From a virus (taxonomy: Duplodnaviria > Caudoviricetes), in the IMG/VR virus record IMGVR_UViG_3300005805_000119, positions 1 through 51,744 of that record: a stretch of 51,744 bases of DNA; one strand, given 5' to 3'. Below, piece after piece: positions 9,486 through 19,643 of this stretch (position 1 is the first letter of the stretch; every line of letters starts with the position of its first letter). Position numbers and translations under genes: made by a program. The notes under the pieces are model-generated. The model was not told the origin of the DNA, did not search any database, and was given only the letters and a program-made list of their open reading frames with translations.

Positions 9486-9868
9486 GGTGCTGAAGATATT
9501 CCTGGAATAACCAAAACATTACCAGACACAATCCGATAAACTGTTGAACCAGAACTTACTAAGACATCATAAACATATCTTCCTTCTTGTAAAGATCTAG
9601 TTGCTGTTGATCCAAGAGAAATATTAAATTTACCTGCAGCAGCACTTGTAAATCCAACGTTAAAAGTTGCCACAGCATATGAAGTAGACCCTATAGAAAC
9701 ACTTTTGGCCATCTGGGAAGATCCAGTCCAGTTCGTAAAATCAAAAGCACTTCCAGAAACGTTAAGAACGGTAAAATTATTTGTAAAATTGGCACCAGTG
9801 TTTATGACAAGATTTGTGCCATACGCAACACCAGAAGTTGGATCAAAAGTAACTGTATTGTTTGCCAT
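9482..9868 (-). CDS. Small Ig-like virion structural protein
   Basis: 128 aa with GRYVYDVLV...RIVSGNVLV.PG pattern, typical of small beta-sandwich tail-associated proteins; late cluster. Confidence 0.65.
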   Translation of the reverse strand: MANNTVTFDPTSGVAYGTNLVINTGANFTNNFTVLNVSGSAFDFTNWTGSSQMAKSVSIGSTSYAVATFNVGFTSAAAGKFNISLGSTATRSLQEGRYVYDVLVSSGSTVYRIVSGNVLVIPGISSAP

Positions 9869-10032
9869 TAGAATTTAGATACTACTTCTTGTTGTTTTAA
9901 ATATAACTTAGCATAACATTTGGCAATATTTTTTAATTCATTCATATCAACAATACTATCTATATCTCTAGAAAGTTTTTCATATTCAAACATTTTATTA
10001 ATATCTTCTAGAGAAATTTTGTCAGGATCCAT
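9868..10032 (-). CDS. 54-aa two-helix protein (weak NblA-like pattern)
   Basis: Manual translation MDPDKISLEDINKMFEYEKLSRDIDSIVDMNELKNIAKCYAKLYLKQQEVVSKF. It fills the gap exactly, with a TAATG stop/start overlap. Confidence 0.75.
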   Translation of the reverse strand: MDPDKISLEDINKMFEYEKLSRDIDSIVDMNELKNIAKCYAKLYLKQQEVVSKF

Positions 10033-10246
10033 TTGCCAAACCCCTTAATAAATTTTTTATTTCATTCAAGTCATTTTTTATATCTTTCATTTCACTTTCA
10101 ATATTTTTAATTTTCTGTTTTTCATTATAAATTTTCTTATAATTTTCAACGTATGCATTATAACCATCGATGTCCATATTGACAACTCCATTTGTAGTAG
10201 AATCACGTAATAAATGATCTTTATCTTTTACTCGTATGTAAGTCAT
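10022..10246 (-). CDS. Hypothetical 74-aa protein with C-terminal coiled coil
   Basis: Translationally coupled to the 2604-aa gene (TAATG overlap). Confidence 0.8.
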   Translation of the reverse strand: MTYIRVKDKDHLLRDSTTNGVVNMDIDGYNAYVENYKKIYNEKQKIKNIESEMKDIKNDLNEIKNLLRGLANGS

Positions 10247-13200
10247 TAGTTAATTTGAGGTTTTACTGTTGCAATAGCTCTTAAATCTCTTATGATTGGT
10301 GGATATGCTTGGTTGGTTCCTGACATAATGATTTTAATTGCAAAGGCATTAAATGGACTTAGATCATCAATAGAATATTCATAGTCTTTAAAGGACTGAT
10401 CTGAAGTTTCTTCTGCAAATGTATCCGCGGATCCATCATTGTTTGACGGATCAATTACTTGCTTCACTCCATTACCATCAACATAATAATTAGAAAATCC
10501 TGGGAAGAGTTCAAAGTTCTGAGATGCTTCTGGAGCATCATCTCTAAACAATTGATAAAGAACTCTTACATCATTACTGAAATGTCTTCTTGCAGTTAAA
10601 AGAACTTTCAGTGAATTTGCAGGTATTTTTAGAGAAATTGGTTTTGAAATGTAAATAGCAGTATGTTGATCATCAAACAAACTTCTTACGGTTTCATCAG
10701 TAGAATAATCTAATGTTGGATTGTTGAGAAGATTTGTTGAGGTAATGAGTGACATTCCAAGAGTATCCAAAACTGGTGATAGTCTTGAGTCATTTGTTCT
10801 CATTACAAATTCCAAAGTTAATGATCTATTTCCAGGTGAATTTGTGATAAGTCTATTCTCATTTTCTTGAGAACCAATAATTCTTGGGGAATCGAAGAAT
10901 TTGAAAGAAGTAAAATCAATATCTTCATATCCCTGATCAACAAATGATGGTTGAGATCCATCTGTTGATCCTATGCTTGTTCCACTGTAAGTTCTAATTC
11001 TTCCATTTATTGTAGTATTTGATGGTAAAATATGATTAATATTTGGTAATACAGATTCAAATTGGATATTCTTGGATAGAACAGTTCCAGACTCACCTGA
11101 TTGAATGGTTCTACTGAAATAAAGATCATTAGATCTGTCTTTTCCAATTGTATTTGAATCAAAATCAGTATCTGCCATGTCAATATTAATATGGTAACTA
11201 TTAATATCAATTGGATGTGTTGTAATTCCAACCTCTGCAAAATTATGAACTTTATTAATTCTTCTCAAAGAAACTCCATTAAATTCATACTTATAAACAT
11301 AAGTATTGGCATCATAACTTTGGTTTTGTGTTCCATCAACACCTCTAGTCAGTCCAGTAAGAACGTCTGAGGTTACGGTTGTATATCCAACAACTTCATT
11401 TCCAATAATTACATATCCAATGTTTGTTGCACTTACAGGTAGACCTTCAAAAGAAGTAAATCCAGCACCTGTTCCCGTTGATAATGTCAATGACGTACTA
11501 TCGGTTGATGAAAGTGCAATTCCAAGTCTAGAATTAGTTGAAGAAATTAAAGGTCTAAATCCACTGATTTTTACATAATTTTGCGAAGAATGCATTCCAT
11601 GATTTGGTTGGAAAACTTTCATGTGAGTGCCTGTATAATATTGATCCTGCACAATAGAGGAAATTGTTACTGCTGCACCCACAAAAGTTGTTATACCAGA
11701 TGAATTTTTATAACTTAAAGTTGTTATTCCCGATATAAATTGGCCTTGAACATTATCAAGCATAAACGCATTGCTAGATCCTATGGATGTAACTGTTAAT
11801 CTACCACCAAAACCAACGTCTTGTCCTATCTCTGGAATTAATAATGAATCACCAACTGCATAATTATTTCCACCATTTATAATATTAACCGTTGCAATTC
11901 CAGAATTAACTACTCCAATGGTTGCTGTTGCACCTTGTCCATATCCAGTTTCTGTAATTAGAGAGACACTAGTGAAAGTGCCATTTGTGTAACCAGTTCC
12001 TGCATTTGAAACTGTTACACCTATACCAGAACCAACTGCTATTGATCCCCCAATAGAAGTTAATGTTGCAGTTGCACTTCCCTGAGTAATTGTAACTCCA
12101 GGAACAACGTTAATTGAATCATACCCTGTTGATCCAAGTCCAACTACAATTTTTTTAGAAAGTGGTAGGAAACTATTTTCGGATACAACTTCTACACCTT
12201 GATTCTTTAAATCTAAAAGTGGATTGAAGAATCTAACCAAACCTTCGGAATCAAAATCTGCTCTATAACACGTATACTTCAAATCTTGCAGTTGGCTTGG
12301 AGTCCAAGTAGATCCATTCTGAGACTTAAACAAACTACCAAGAGTTGGTTGTACGGAAACTCTTTCACCGGTAACTAAATCAATTTGTTGTAAAGTAGAA
12401 ATAAAGACCCTATAGTTTGGATCATCTGAAAGTAGTACAATAGCATACTGCTGTGATGTATTGCTTGCAATAGGTGCTTTTCTTACTTCTTGTTCTTGGG
12501 GTCCTCTCAAATAAACTGGTGATGGGAATGTAAATCTAGTAGCAATGGTTCCATCTTCGGATAAACTGATATCATCAGCATCTAAAGTTACTTCTGAGAA
12601 TGGTATAACAACATTACTTGGAGCTCCACTCTCTACAGTTCTTATTTGCAGAGTTACAGGTAAAGAATCTGATTTATTTTCAAAGAAAATATCAACAGAA
12701 GTTAAAAATATTCCGTTTGGTTCCTGTACATAGAAAGTTTGTGCCAGTGGATCTTGAACTTCACGAATAATGACACCATTTGATTGTGGTGTATTAGTAG
12801 TCGTGTTAGTAGTTGTGTTAGTAATAGTTGTAGTTGTTACTGTATAACTTGGAATAATAGTAACATTTCGTGTTGTTAACACATTTGTTTCTGTTATATT
12901 CTTTGTTCCTTGGGAAGTAAAATCTGTGCTTCCAGAACTTTCACTAACAACTTGATTTGGAATTATCTCATTGGACAATGGTTGATTTAATGTTGTTGTA
13001 TCAGATACAATAAATGTATTTTTTCCATTAATGAATTGAGGATTTCCTGGAACGTTTGGATCAGGAATATAAAGTGATCCTATAAGTCTTCCTGTAAAAT
13101 CAGAAACTAATCTTACTTCACTAACAATAGCAACTGCACCTGAAGATCTTCCAATCAATTTCATATTTCTGGAAATAGATCCATAGAAAGAAGTTTCTGA

Positions 13201-16200
13201 TTGGAGTTGAAGTGATTTTGTATCAACGTTTAGTATTGTAGACGATGATGAATAAACATTTTCGAATGGTTGTTGTGTATATGGATTAAATGCAAAAGTT
13301 TCTGACTTAACACCTGGCAAATTCGTTCCATCATAAGAACCAAACTTGTGATTTGGTTTACAGAGTCTAAAAACTATTTTATTCGATACAAAATTGGGAT
13401 CACTCTCAACAGTTTCTCCAATTTGGAAAGTTCCAGAAATCATTCTTACTTCCAATAGTTTTGGAATTATATAAGAATTTACATCAACTCCAGAGAAAAA
13501 TGTATTGAATTTTGTTCTTGGTTTTAATCCCTTAATATCAAATTCAATATTTCTACTTCTCAAAAATTCTACAGTTTCTGTATAATGAGAAACTGATGAT
13601 GAAAGATTATCTGTGGTAGTTATTTGTGGTGGAACAACAAAACTATTAGTAGATGATGCTGATGATGTAGTAGTAGTTGTATTGGAGGTTGTTTGTCCAT
13701 TAGTGCCAAAGTATTGCGCTGGATTAAATTGAATAAATGCATATTGATGATTTGCATTCATTCTATCAATTTGGGTTATAAAATCACGAGCAATATCTGG
13801 TGGTAAAAGTTGGTTAATGAGTCTCTTTGTTTCATTGATAGATCCAATTCCTGATCTATCTGATGTATCACCTTCATTACCTAAAACTTGTTCACCATAT
13901 CCTACTCTTAATTGAATAAAATTATCAGTTATTAATGTGTTTCCAAATCCACCTGGAGTTCCATTACTACCATATCTAAAGAATAGTTTTTGATTTGCCG
14001 CATTATTGAAGATAGATTTTGCATTTGCTATCCAATCAATTGGAGGAGTTCCTGCTGAAGTGGAGGAAGTTGGTGCCGGAACGTTAACAACCTGATTATT
14101 AGTTACGTTTCTCACCACAGTATTGTTTATGTTGCTTGGTGGTGGAAGAGTATTTGTAATTTCTCTAAACCTGTTAGAAGTCAAAGAAACCTCATCTACC
14201 CACGTATCAAATGGTGGTGTTAACTGAATAATTCCATTCCAATATTTTACAAGATATGGAGTTACACTTTCAGTTCCAGTTGCATATGTTTGTTCAATGT
14301 ACTTAACTTCTTCATAGTTTAATGTAATTAAATCACCAGTTTTTTTGATATTGGATGATCCTAAATCAGAAACAAAACTATAATCTCTGTTTGCATATAA
14401 TGTTTGTCCGATTCCTGAAATAACCTCAGATCCAAGTTGTAGATCAATTGAAGTTGTGTAATGCTGAGGTCTTAATGTGTTTGTAGTAGAATCAATTGAA
14501 GATCTAAATGTGGGATTTCCTACATCATGATATTTGTGTGTTGAAAAATTATCTACAAAAAATCCAGATTTAAATCTATCTAATCCTGTTGCAGCATCTT
14601 TTATGGTAAAGTTTTCAGTTTTACTTTCTAGTGCAGTTAAGGAAGTAAACTCTTCTAATCTTAAAATCCTATCTTCAAGAGAAGAGATATCGGCCATTTG
14701 ATATCTCTTATGTTTTGACATAACAACTTTTGCATTAGAGGTATCAAAAAGATATGGGGGCAATGATACCGTAGCTATTTCCAATCCACTGCTTTTTGGT
14801 AGTGGTGGTTTGGGGAAGTTTGATGGTGTTCCCTGAACTACCTCAAATGTTCCATCTGGGTTTAAGAAAACTTTATCAATTCTTCCCAAATAATAAGAGT
14901 ATGACAGTAATATATTTTCATCTGGTGCCAAAATATACTGTGATGATTGTCCGGCAGTTAAAAAGTTTCTAGTACTAAATTCAAATGGTGAAAGAGTATT
15001 TGAATCACTATAATTAACAACTCTGGGTCTTATATCAATAAAATCACTAAGTCTTGTTTTCTGGAATGTAGGAATATCGTACTTATAATCCGATTCCTCA
15101 TAACTCTTTACAGTTATGAACTCACCAGTATCTGTGGAATCTATAGTGTAATTTTGGAAAACTATTTTTAATCTTCTAGTTGGATCTTCTACACCATTTT
15201 TTCTAATAATTCTTCCATAGTCATATATTGTGTCTCGTTGACCATCATCTAAGAGATAATTTTGAGTAACATTTTTATCTCCTAAAGAAATATTTGTAAT
15301 ACTTGCAGTAACTCCAGAATCTTGTCCTGTAATTACTTCACCTTCTACGAATTGGAAGAGATTTAGATAAACAAAATCAACTTTATCAGTAGAATTTCTA
15401 GATACTACTAATCCAACTGCTCCACTATTTGCTCCGACTATTCTTTCTCCGATGATAAGATCAGCATTGCTATTTTGTGGACCACTAAATCCAGTTAATT
15501 GAAGTTGTGGTAAAGATGGATCACCGGTGCCAGAAGATTCATAAATTGCAAGAACTCTAACAACATCCGGAACATTTAAACTAATCTGTTTGTCTTGAAC
15601 TCTTAATCCATAAATTGAACTATAAGTTAGACCATCATTTAAAGTTGTCGTTCCAATACCAGATGACGTTGATTTTGATTTGCTGACAACTAAAGTGCTT
15701 GCTTTATTTAATTTTTTCAGTTTAGAGTCTGGTTTTACATTTTTTATTGTACTAATAACATTTGCCGTCCCTGATGTTTTTGAAAGACCGTTAAATGTTA
15801 ATAATTTGCCAGAAACATCAAGACTGTATTTTGTTCTATTCATTGGTTCAATGGAACCATCTTCATAAACAATTACAAATCTATCTTCATCAAAAGATGC
15901 AAAGAAAATATCTGCCTCTAAGTTTCCTGTAGTTGGAATCGTTAAAGATCCTCCCGTAAACGAAACATTTGAAAAAACTCTTCTTTGAAGAATTTCATTA
16001 TTTTCTAAATCAATGTCAGAAATATTATCACTATTAATTTTTGTTAGTAATGATGAGTTTTCTCTGTTTAATGTTGCAGATGATACTTTAATAATATTCG
16101 ATACTGTTATTGAAGAAGTTGGAAGTTTTCCATCACATACTCCAGAAACAGTTGTTATTCCACTGATAGTGAAATTTGTTCCTGCTGCACTTACAGAAAC

Positions 16201-18060
16201 TACTTTATTATAAATTGGATCACTTGCAGATGTAGAATCTACATAAGAAATAATATCATTTGCCTTTATTAACTTAATAAAACTTGTGCCAACACCAGAA
16301 GAAACTGTGCTAATTCCTCCAGATGCTGGGGTGACAAAAAATTGAGTTCCTAAGGGTGCAATAAGAGTTTTAGTGTCTAAAATCGCATCTGCATTAAATG
16401 TTGTAATTCCTACACTTGAATATACCGATTTTACATCTGATATCGAATAGTCTGTTACAGTTTTAATTAACCTTCCATCATCATTGCCATTAATTGTTAT
16501 TTGTTCATTTTGAATAAATGATCCCGAGACCTGATATAATGTTAAGATGTCTGAATTTGTTGCACTTGTTTGAAGATAACCCGTTGCTCTACTTTGCTTT
16601 CCTTCTATAAATGCTGGGGTTGATAATGTAATTGATGTAGTTAATCCTATTTTGGTAAATGTTTGAATATCAAAGAGTCTTAAACTTAGTCTACTAGTAT
16701 CATCTACATAATTTGATTCTGGAACAAAATCATAAATTCTTGCAAATCCAATAGTAGTTCCTGTAGCAACGTATGCCGTTTCACCAATTCTTTCATTCAT
16801 TAAACTGATACTTGCATCAGTTCCTAATCCAATTGATGGAGCTCCAAAGGAATTATTTAAGGTCAATAAAAGACCTGCATTATAAGGTATGTTTACATTG
16901 TTGACATTTTGGGTTGTTCTTGGTTTTTGAACGTCCAAAAACTTAGAAGATAATGTCTCTACATCGTATCCATCAACATATGCTTTTCCTGCTCCGATTT
17001 GATAAACCATCAAATCTTCAGACGGATTATTTCCTTCTACAGTGACTTGATCTCCAAAATAAAGACCATTATTCAGTACTTTATCATTTAAACTATCTCT
17101 TACATTAAGAGTAAATGGTTTTACATAAAAATCACCTGATGAATCATTTGTTCTTTTTGCAAGTTCTTGTCTTAAAATATTGTATTGTGGATTATTATTA
17201 AGATATTCTAAACCACCATCGGTAACTCTTAAAATTTCTACAAACCCATCTAAAGATGTCTCTGTAATTTCTTTTTTAGATAGAATTAGTTCTATTTTAA
17301 ATCTATCTGCGCCTGGAGCTCCTTGATTAGAAAATCCCTGAGCGTTATCATATAAGGTTTCATCTTCATTGTAAGTAACGATAGATTCTAAAACATCAAA
17401 TCCAACTTTATATGATGGTCTAGTTCCGTATTGATCTAAAAGTATTCTTTGAGAAAAAACGTTTACAAAATTTCCTCTAATGAAATAAACCCCATCAGCG
17501 ATAGATACAGAAGATCCTTGAGATGTTGCGTTCGAAGTTATTGCTGAGAAAATCCCTTGTCCTGATTGGAATGTTATTCCACCCAAAGTCACTTGAGACT
17601 CTACTAATATAGTTTCTCCATCGGAAAAAGTTTTTACATCAAAATTTTCTCCACCACTTTCAAGATATCTTACATAAACTGTATTATTATTTCTATCAGA
17701 TTCGTTTTCATTTAAAATATAAACAACTTCTGCAAGAACTCCACTAGTAGATCCTCTTAATTTTACCCCAAGCAGTTCGTCGTTAAAATAAAGAGATACT
17801 GGAATTCCATTAAATTCTGAGTTAACCTCTACGCAAGGAAGAGGACTGTCATATTTTAATTGCCCAGGAATAACCAAAGATCCTTCTTTAAAGGCCCAAC
17901 TGCCAAAATTTTCTATTTGGTTTTGGAGAATTGACTGTAAAGTTGTCAGTTCTCTGGCTTGAACAGGATAACCTGGTTTAAATAATACCTTATGATAATT
18001 TTTGTCTGCATCAAAATCATCAAAATAAGGAGAGACGTTGAGGTTAGTTTCCTGGGGCAT
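10246..18060 (-). CDS. Large VrlC-like (DUF4815-type) baseplate/tail structural protein
   Basis: N-terminal NLNVSPYFDDFD...VLFKPGYPVQARELTTLQSILQNQI, APGADRFKIEL, DRFKSGFFVDNF, DPLAQTF, GSLFKSQNGSTW; position after gp8. Confidence 0.88.
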   Translation of the reverse strand: MPQETNLNVSPYFDDFDADKNYHKVLFKPGYPVQARELTTLQSILQNQIENFGSWAFKEGSLVIPGQLKYDSPLPCVEVNSEFNGIPVSLYFNDELLGVKLRGSTSGVLAEVVYILNENESDRNNNTVYVRYLESGGENFDVKTFSDGETILVESQVTLGGITFQSGQGIFSAITSNATSQGSSVSIADGVYFIRGNFVNVFSQRILLDQYGTRPSYKVGFDVLESIVTYNEDETLYDNAQGFSNQGAPGADRFKIELILSKKEITETSLDGFVEILRVTDGGLEYLNNNPQYNILRQELAKRTNDSSGDFYVKPFTLNVRDSLNDKVLNNGLYFGDQVTVEGNNPSEDLMVYQIGAGKAYVDGYDVETLSSKFLDVQKPRTTQNVNNVNIPYNAGLLLTLNNSFGAPSIGLGTDASISLMNERIGETAYVATGTTIGFARIYDFVPESNYVDDTSRLSLRLFDIQTFTKIGLTTSITLSTPAFIEGKQSRATGYLQTSATNSDILTLYQVSGSFIQNEQITINGNDDGRLIKTVTDYSISDVKSVYSSVGITTFNADAILDTKTLIAPLGTQFFVTPASGGISTVSSGVGTSFIKLIKANDIISYVDSTSASDPIYNKVVSVSAAGTNFTISGITTVSGVCDGKLPTSSITVSNIIKVSSATLNRENSSLLTKINSDNISDIDLENNEILQRRVFSNVSFTGGSLTIPTTGNLEADIFFASFDEDRFVIVYEDGSIEPMNRTKYSLDVSGKLLTFNGLSKTSGTANVISTIKNVKPDSKLKKLNKASTLVVSKSKSTSSGIGTTTLNDGLTYSSIYGLRVQDKQISLNVPDVVRVLAIYESSGTGDPSLPQLQLTGFSGPQNSNADLIIGERIVGANSGAVGLVVSRNSTDKVDFVYLNLFQFVEGEVITGQDSGVTASITNISLGDKNVTQNYLLDDGQRDTIYDYGRIIRKNGVEDPTRRLKIVFQNYTIDSTDTGEFITVKSYEESDYKYDIPTFQKTRLSDFIDIRPRVVNYSDSNTLSPFEFSTRNFLTAGQSSQYILAPDENILLSYSYYLGRIDKVFLNPDGTFEVVQGTPSNFPKPPLPKSSGLEIATVSLPPYLFDTSNAKVVMSKHKRYQMADISSLEDRILRLEEFTSLTALESKTENFTIKDAATGLDRFKSGFFVDNFSTHKYHDVGNPTFRSSIDSTTNTLRPQHYTTSIDLQLGSEVISGIGQTLYANRDYSFVSDLGSSNIKKTGDLITLNYEEVKYIEQTYATGTESVTPYLVKYWNGIIQLTPPFDTWVDEVSLTSNRFREITNTLPPPSNINNTVVRNVTNNQVVNVPAPTSSTSAGTPPIDWIANAKSIFNNAANQKLFFRYGSNGTPGGFGNTLITDNFIQLRVGYGEQVLGNEGDTSDRSGIGSINETKRLINQLLPPDIARDFITQIDRMNANHQYAFIQFNPAQYFGTNGQTTSNTTTTTSSASSTNSFVVPPQITTTDNLSSSVSHYTETVEFLRSRNIEFDIKGLKPRTKFNTFFSGVDVNSYIIPKLLEVRMISGTFQIGETVESDPNFVSNKIVFRLCKPNHKFGSYDGTNLPGVKSETFAFNPYTQQPFENVYSSSSTILNVDTKSLQLQSETSFYGSISRNMKLIGRSSGAVAIVSEVRLVSDFTGRLIGSLYIPDPNVPGNPQFINGKNTFIVSDTTTLNQPLSNEIIPNQVVSESSGSTDFTSQGTKNITETNVLTTRNVTIIPSYTVTTTTITNTTTNTTTNTPQSNGVIIREVQDPLAQTFYVQEPNGIFLTSVDIFFENKSDSLPVTLQIRTVESGAPSNVVIPFSEVTLDADDISLSEDGTIATRFTFPSPVYLRGPQEQEVRKAPIASNTSQQYAIVLLSDDPNYRVFISTLQQIDLVTGERVSVQPTLGSLFKSQNGSTWTPSQLQDLKYTCYRADFDSEGLVRFFNPLLDLKNQGVEVVSENSFLPLSKKIVVGLGSTGYDSINVVPGVTITQGSATATLTSIGGSIAVGSGIGVTVSNAGTGYTNGTFTSVSLITETGYGQGATATIGVVNSGIATVNIINGGNNYAVGDSLLIPEIGQDVGFGGRLTVTSIGSSNAFMLDNVQGQFISGITTLSYKNSSGITTFVGAAVTISSIVQDQYYTGTHMKVFQPNHGMHSSQNYVKISGFRPLISSTNSRLGIALSSTDSTSLTLSTGTGAGFTSFEGLPVSATNIGYVIIGNEVVGYTTVTSDVLTGLTRGVDGTQNQSYDANTYVYKYEFNGVSLRRINKVHNFAEVGITTHPIDINSYHINIDMADTDFDSNTIGKDRSNDLYFSRTIQSGESGTVLSKNIQFESVLPNINHILPSNTTINGRIRTYSGTSIGSTDGSQPSFVDQGYEDIDFTSFKFFDSPRIIGSQENENRLITNSPGNRSLTLEFVMRTNDSRLSPVLDTLGMSLITSTNLLNNPTLDYSTDETVRSLFDDQHTAIYISKPISLKIPANSLKVLLTARRHFSNDVRVLYQLFRDDAPEASQNFELFPGFSNYYVDGNGVKQVIDPSNNDGSADTFAEETSDQSFKDYEYSIDDLSPFNAFAIKIIMSGTNQAYPPIIRDLRAIATVKPQIN

Positions 18061-18066
18061 GATTCT

Positions 18067-19620
18067 TTAGAATTGCAAAATAACTTTAATATCTTCTTTT
18101 TGATTTGTAGACCTTGTTATTGAAGGTCTGTTATCAACATATATGATGTTTCCTGAGTATTTTTTAACCTCTGGATTTGAAACACCATTTGTAAATGTTT
18201 GTCCAAGATAGTATGTTCTACTATTTATTGCTGTAGAAACACCACTGAAGTTAGTATCAATACCCAAAGTTACACTTCCTCCAACAATATTTAAGTTTCC
18301 ACCAGAAGTTGGATTGGATGTAAATCTGTTTAACTGGAATCCATAAGTTGGATTGGTTTTTAATGAACCATCACTATTAAAACCAACTAAACTTTTATCC
18401 TGCCAATACTTCAGTACTCCAGTAGACTGATCATAAGAAATAACTCTACCAACAGCAGTAGATCCAAGTCCAACTGTTTGGGTAATTGTGCTATCCGCGG
18501 TAAAAGTGGCACTACTATAACCAGCACCAGTTAACTTTAACGCATAAGCCGCACTTGCTTTATCTAATGATAATAAAGCAGATGAATTATAAGATTCTGG
18601 ATTTTCAACTATTCCAACTCTAGCAATTTGATTGCCAACAATAAAATCTGGGTTTTCTGTATCATTTTCAATTCTAGAATAAATTAAAACATTATACGCA
18701 CCAAGTTCCCTGTAAATATCAGCACCATGACCACCATCAGGTGGAATTATTACGTTAAATATTGGTGGAGTAGATCCAGTTGGAACATTTCCCGCAGCAA
18801 GATCAACTGTTCCATAAGTATAATTTGATCCACCTCTAGAAACAGTTATTGAGTCAACCTTCGAGTCATTATTAATTACAATTGTAGCTAATGCTCCAGA
18901 TCCATCACCTTTGATTGGAACATTTGTATAAGTTCTATTTGCAGTTCCTAATCCAACTCCTCTATTTACGACGGTTACTATTTTTAACTGACCACTAGTA
19001 GATGCATTATTTCTAACAGCAGAATCAGTAGAACTCGTATACCAATCACTTGGAACTGGCATAAAATTTGTTGAATCAAATTTTACAATTTCACTTGGTT
19101 TAATAGTATAAAGATATTTCCAAATATATCCATCTCCACTATCACCAGCTGCTCTTGGTTCTAAGTCTGTAAATAGGGGTTGATCCAAAGATGGTCTTCC
19201 AGTTGGGTTTTCTGGATCTGTTCCATTTTGTAAACAGATATAAACCCTATAATCTTCGTTAACTATGTAATAATTCGCAGAATATAAATTAGTTGCTTGT
19301 GATGGTTGCGAAACATTTGTTCTACTAATATCATGACGATACATGTCATATGTCGTGCCACTAGTCCAAATATTCTTCTTTACAACTTGCCTAATATCAC
19401 TTGCAGATATTTTTTTAAGGGCAATCATTGTATCCCAATAATCATCCTCCTGCTCAAAACTGTCTTTTGGTGCAGGAGGATTTGTATCCCAAGTTGAAGA
19501 ATAATTTGTTGCATTTGGCAGTCCAACAAAAGAATAATAAGAGTTTGATGATGAGACTGCGGCTGCTACAAAATTCTTCGCATTTAGGATTCTAAGTTGA
19601 TCAGTTATAATTGCTGACAT
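18067..19620 (-). CDS. gp8: Baseplate wedge subunit
   Basis: MSAIITDQLRILNA, WTSGTTYDMYRHD, VYICLQNG, DGYIWKYLYTI, QKEDIKVILQF. Confidence 0.94.
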   Translation of the reverse strand: MSAIITDQLRILNAKNFVAAAVSSSNSYYSFVGLPNATNYSSTWDTNPPAPKDSFEQEDDYWDTMIALKKISASDIRQVVKKNIWTSGTTYDMYRHDISRTNVSQPSQATNLYSANYYIVNEDYRVYICLQNGTDPENPTGRPSLDQPLFTDLEPRAAGDSGDGYIWKYLYTIKPSEIVKFDSTNFMPVPSDWYTSSTDSAVRNNASTSGQLKIVTVVNRGVGLGTANRTYTNVPIKGDGSGALATIVINNDSKVDSITVSRGGSNYTYGTVDLAAGNVPTGSTPPIFNVIIPPDGGHGADIYRELGAYNVLIYSRIENDTENPDFIVGNQIARVGIVENPESYNSSALLSLDKASAAYALKLTGAGYSSATFTADSTITQTVGLGSTAVGRVISYDQSTGVLKYWQDKSLVGFNSDGSLKTNPTYGFQLNRFTSNPTSGGNLNIVGGSVTLGIDTNFSGVSTAINSRTYYLGQTFTNGVSNPEVKKYSGNIIYVDNRPSITRSTNQKEDIKVILQF

Positions 19621-19632
19621 TTTGCAGTTTTT

Positions 19633-19643
19633 TATTTATTTAT
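19633..19643 (-). promoter_or_regulatory. Overlapping late promoters ATAAATAAATA
   Basis: Intergenic between gp7 and gp8. Confidence 0.65.
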
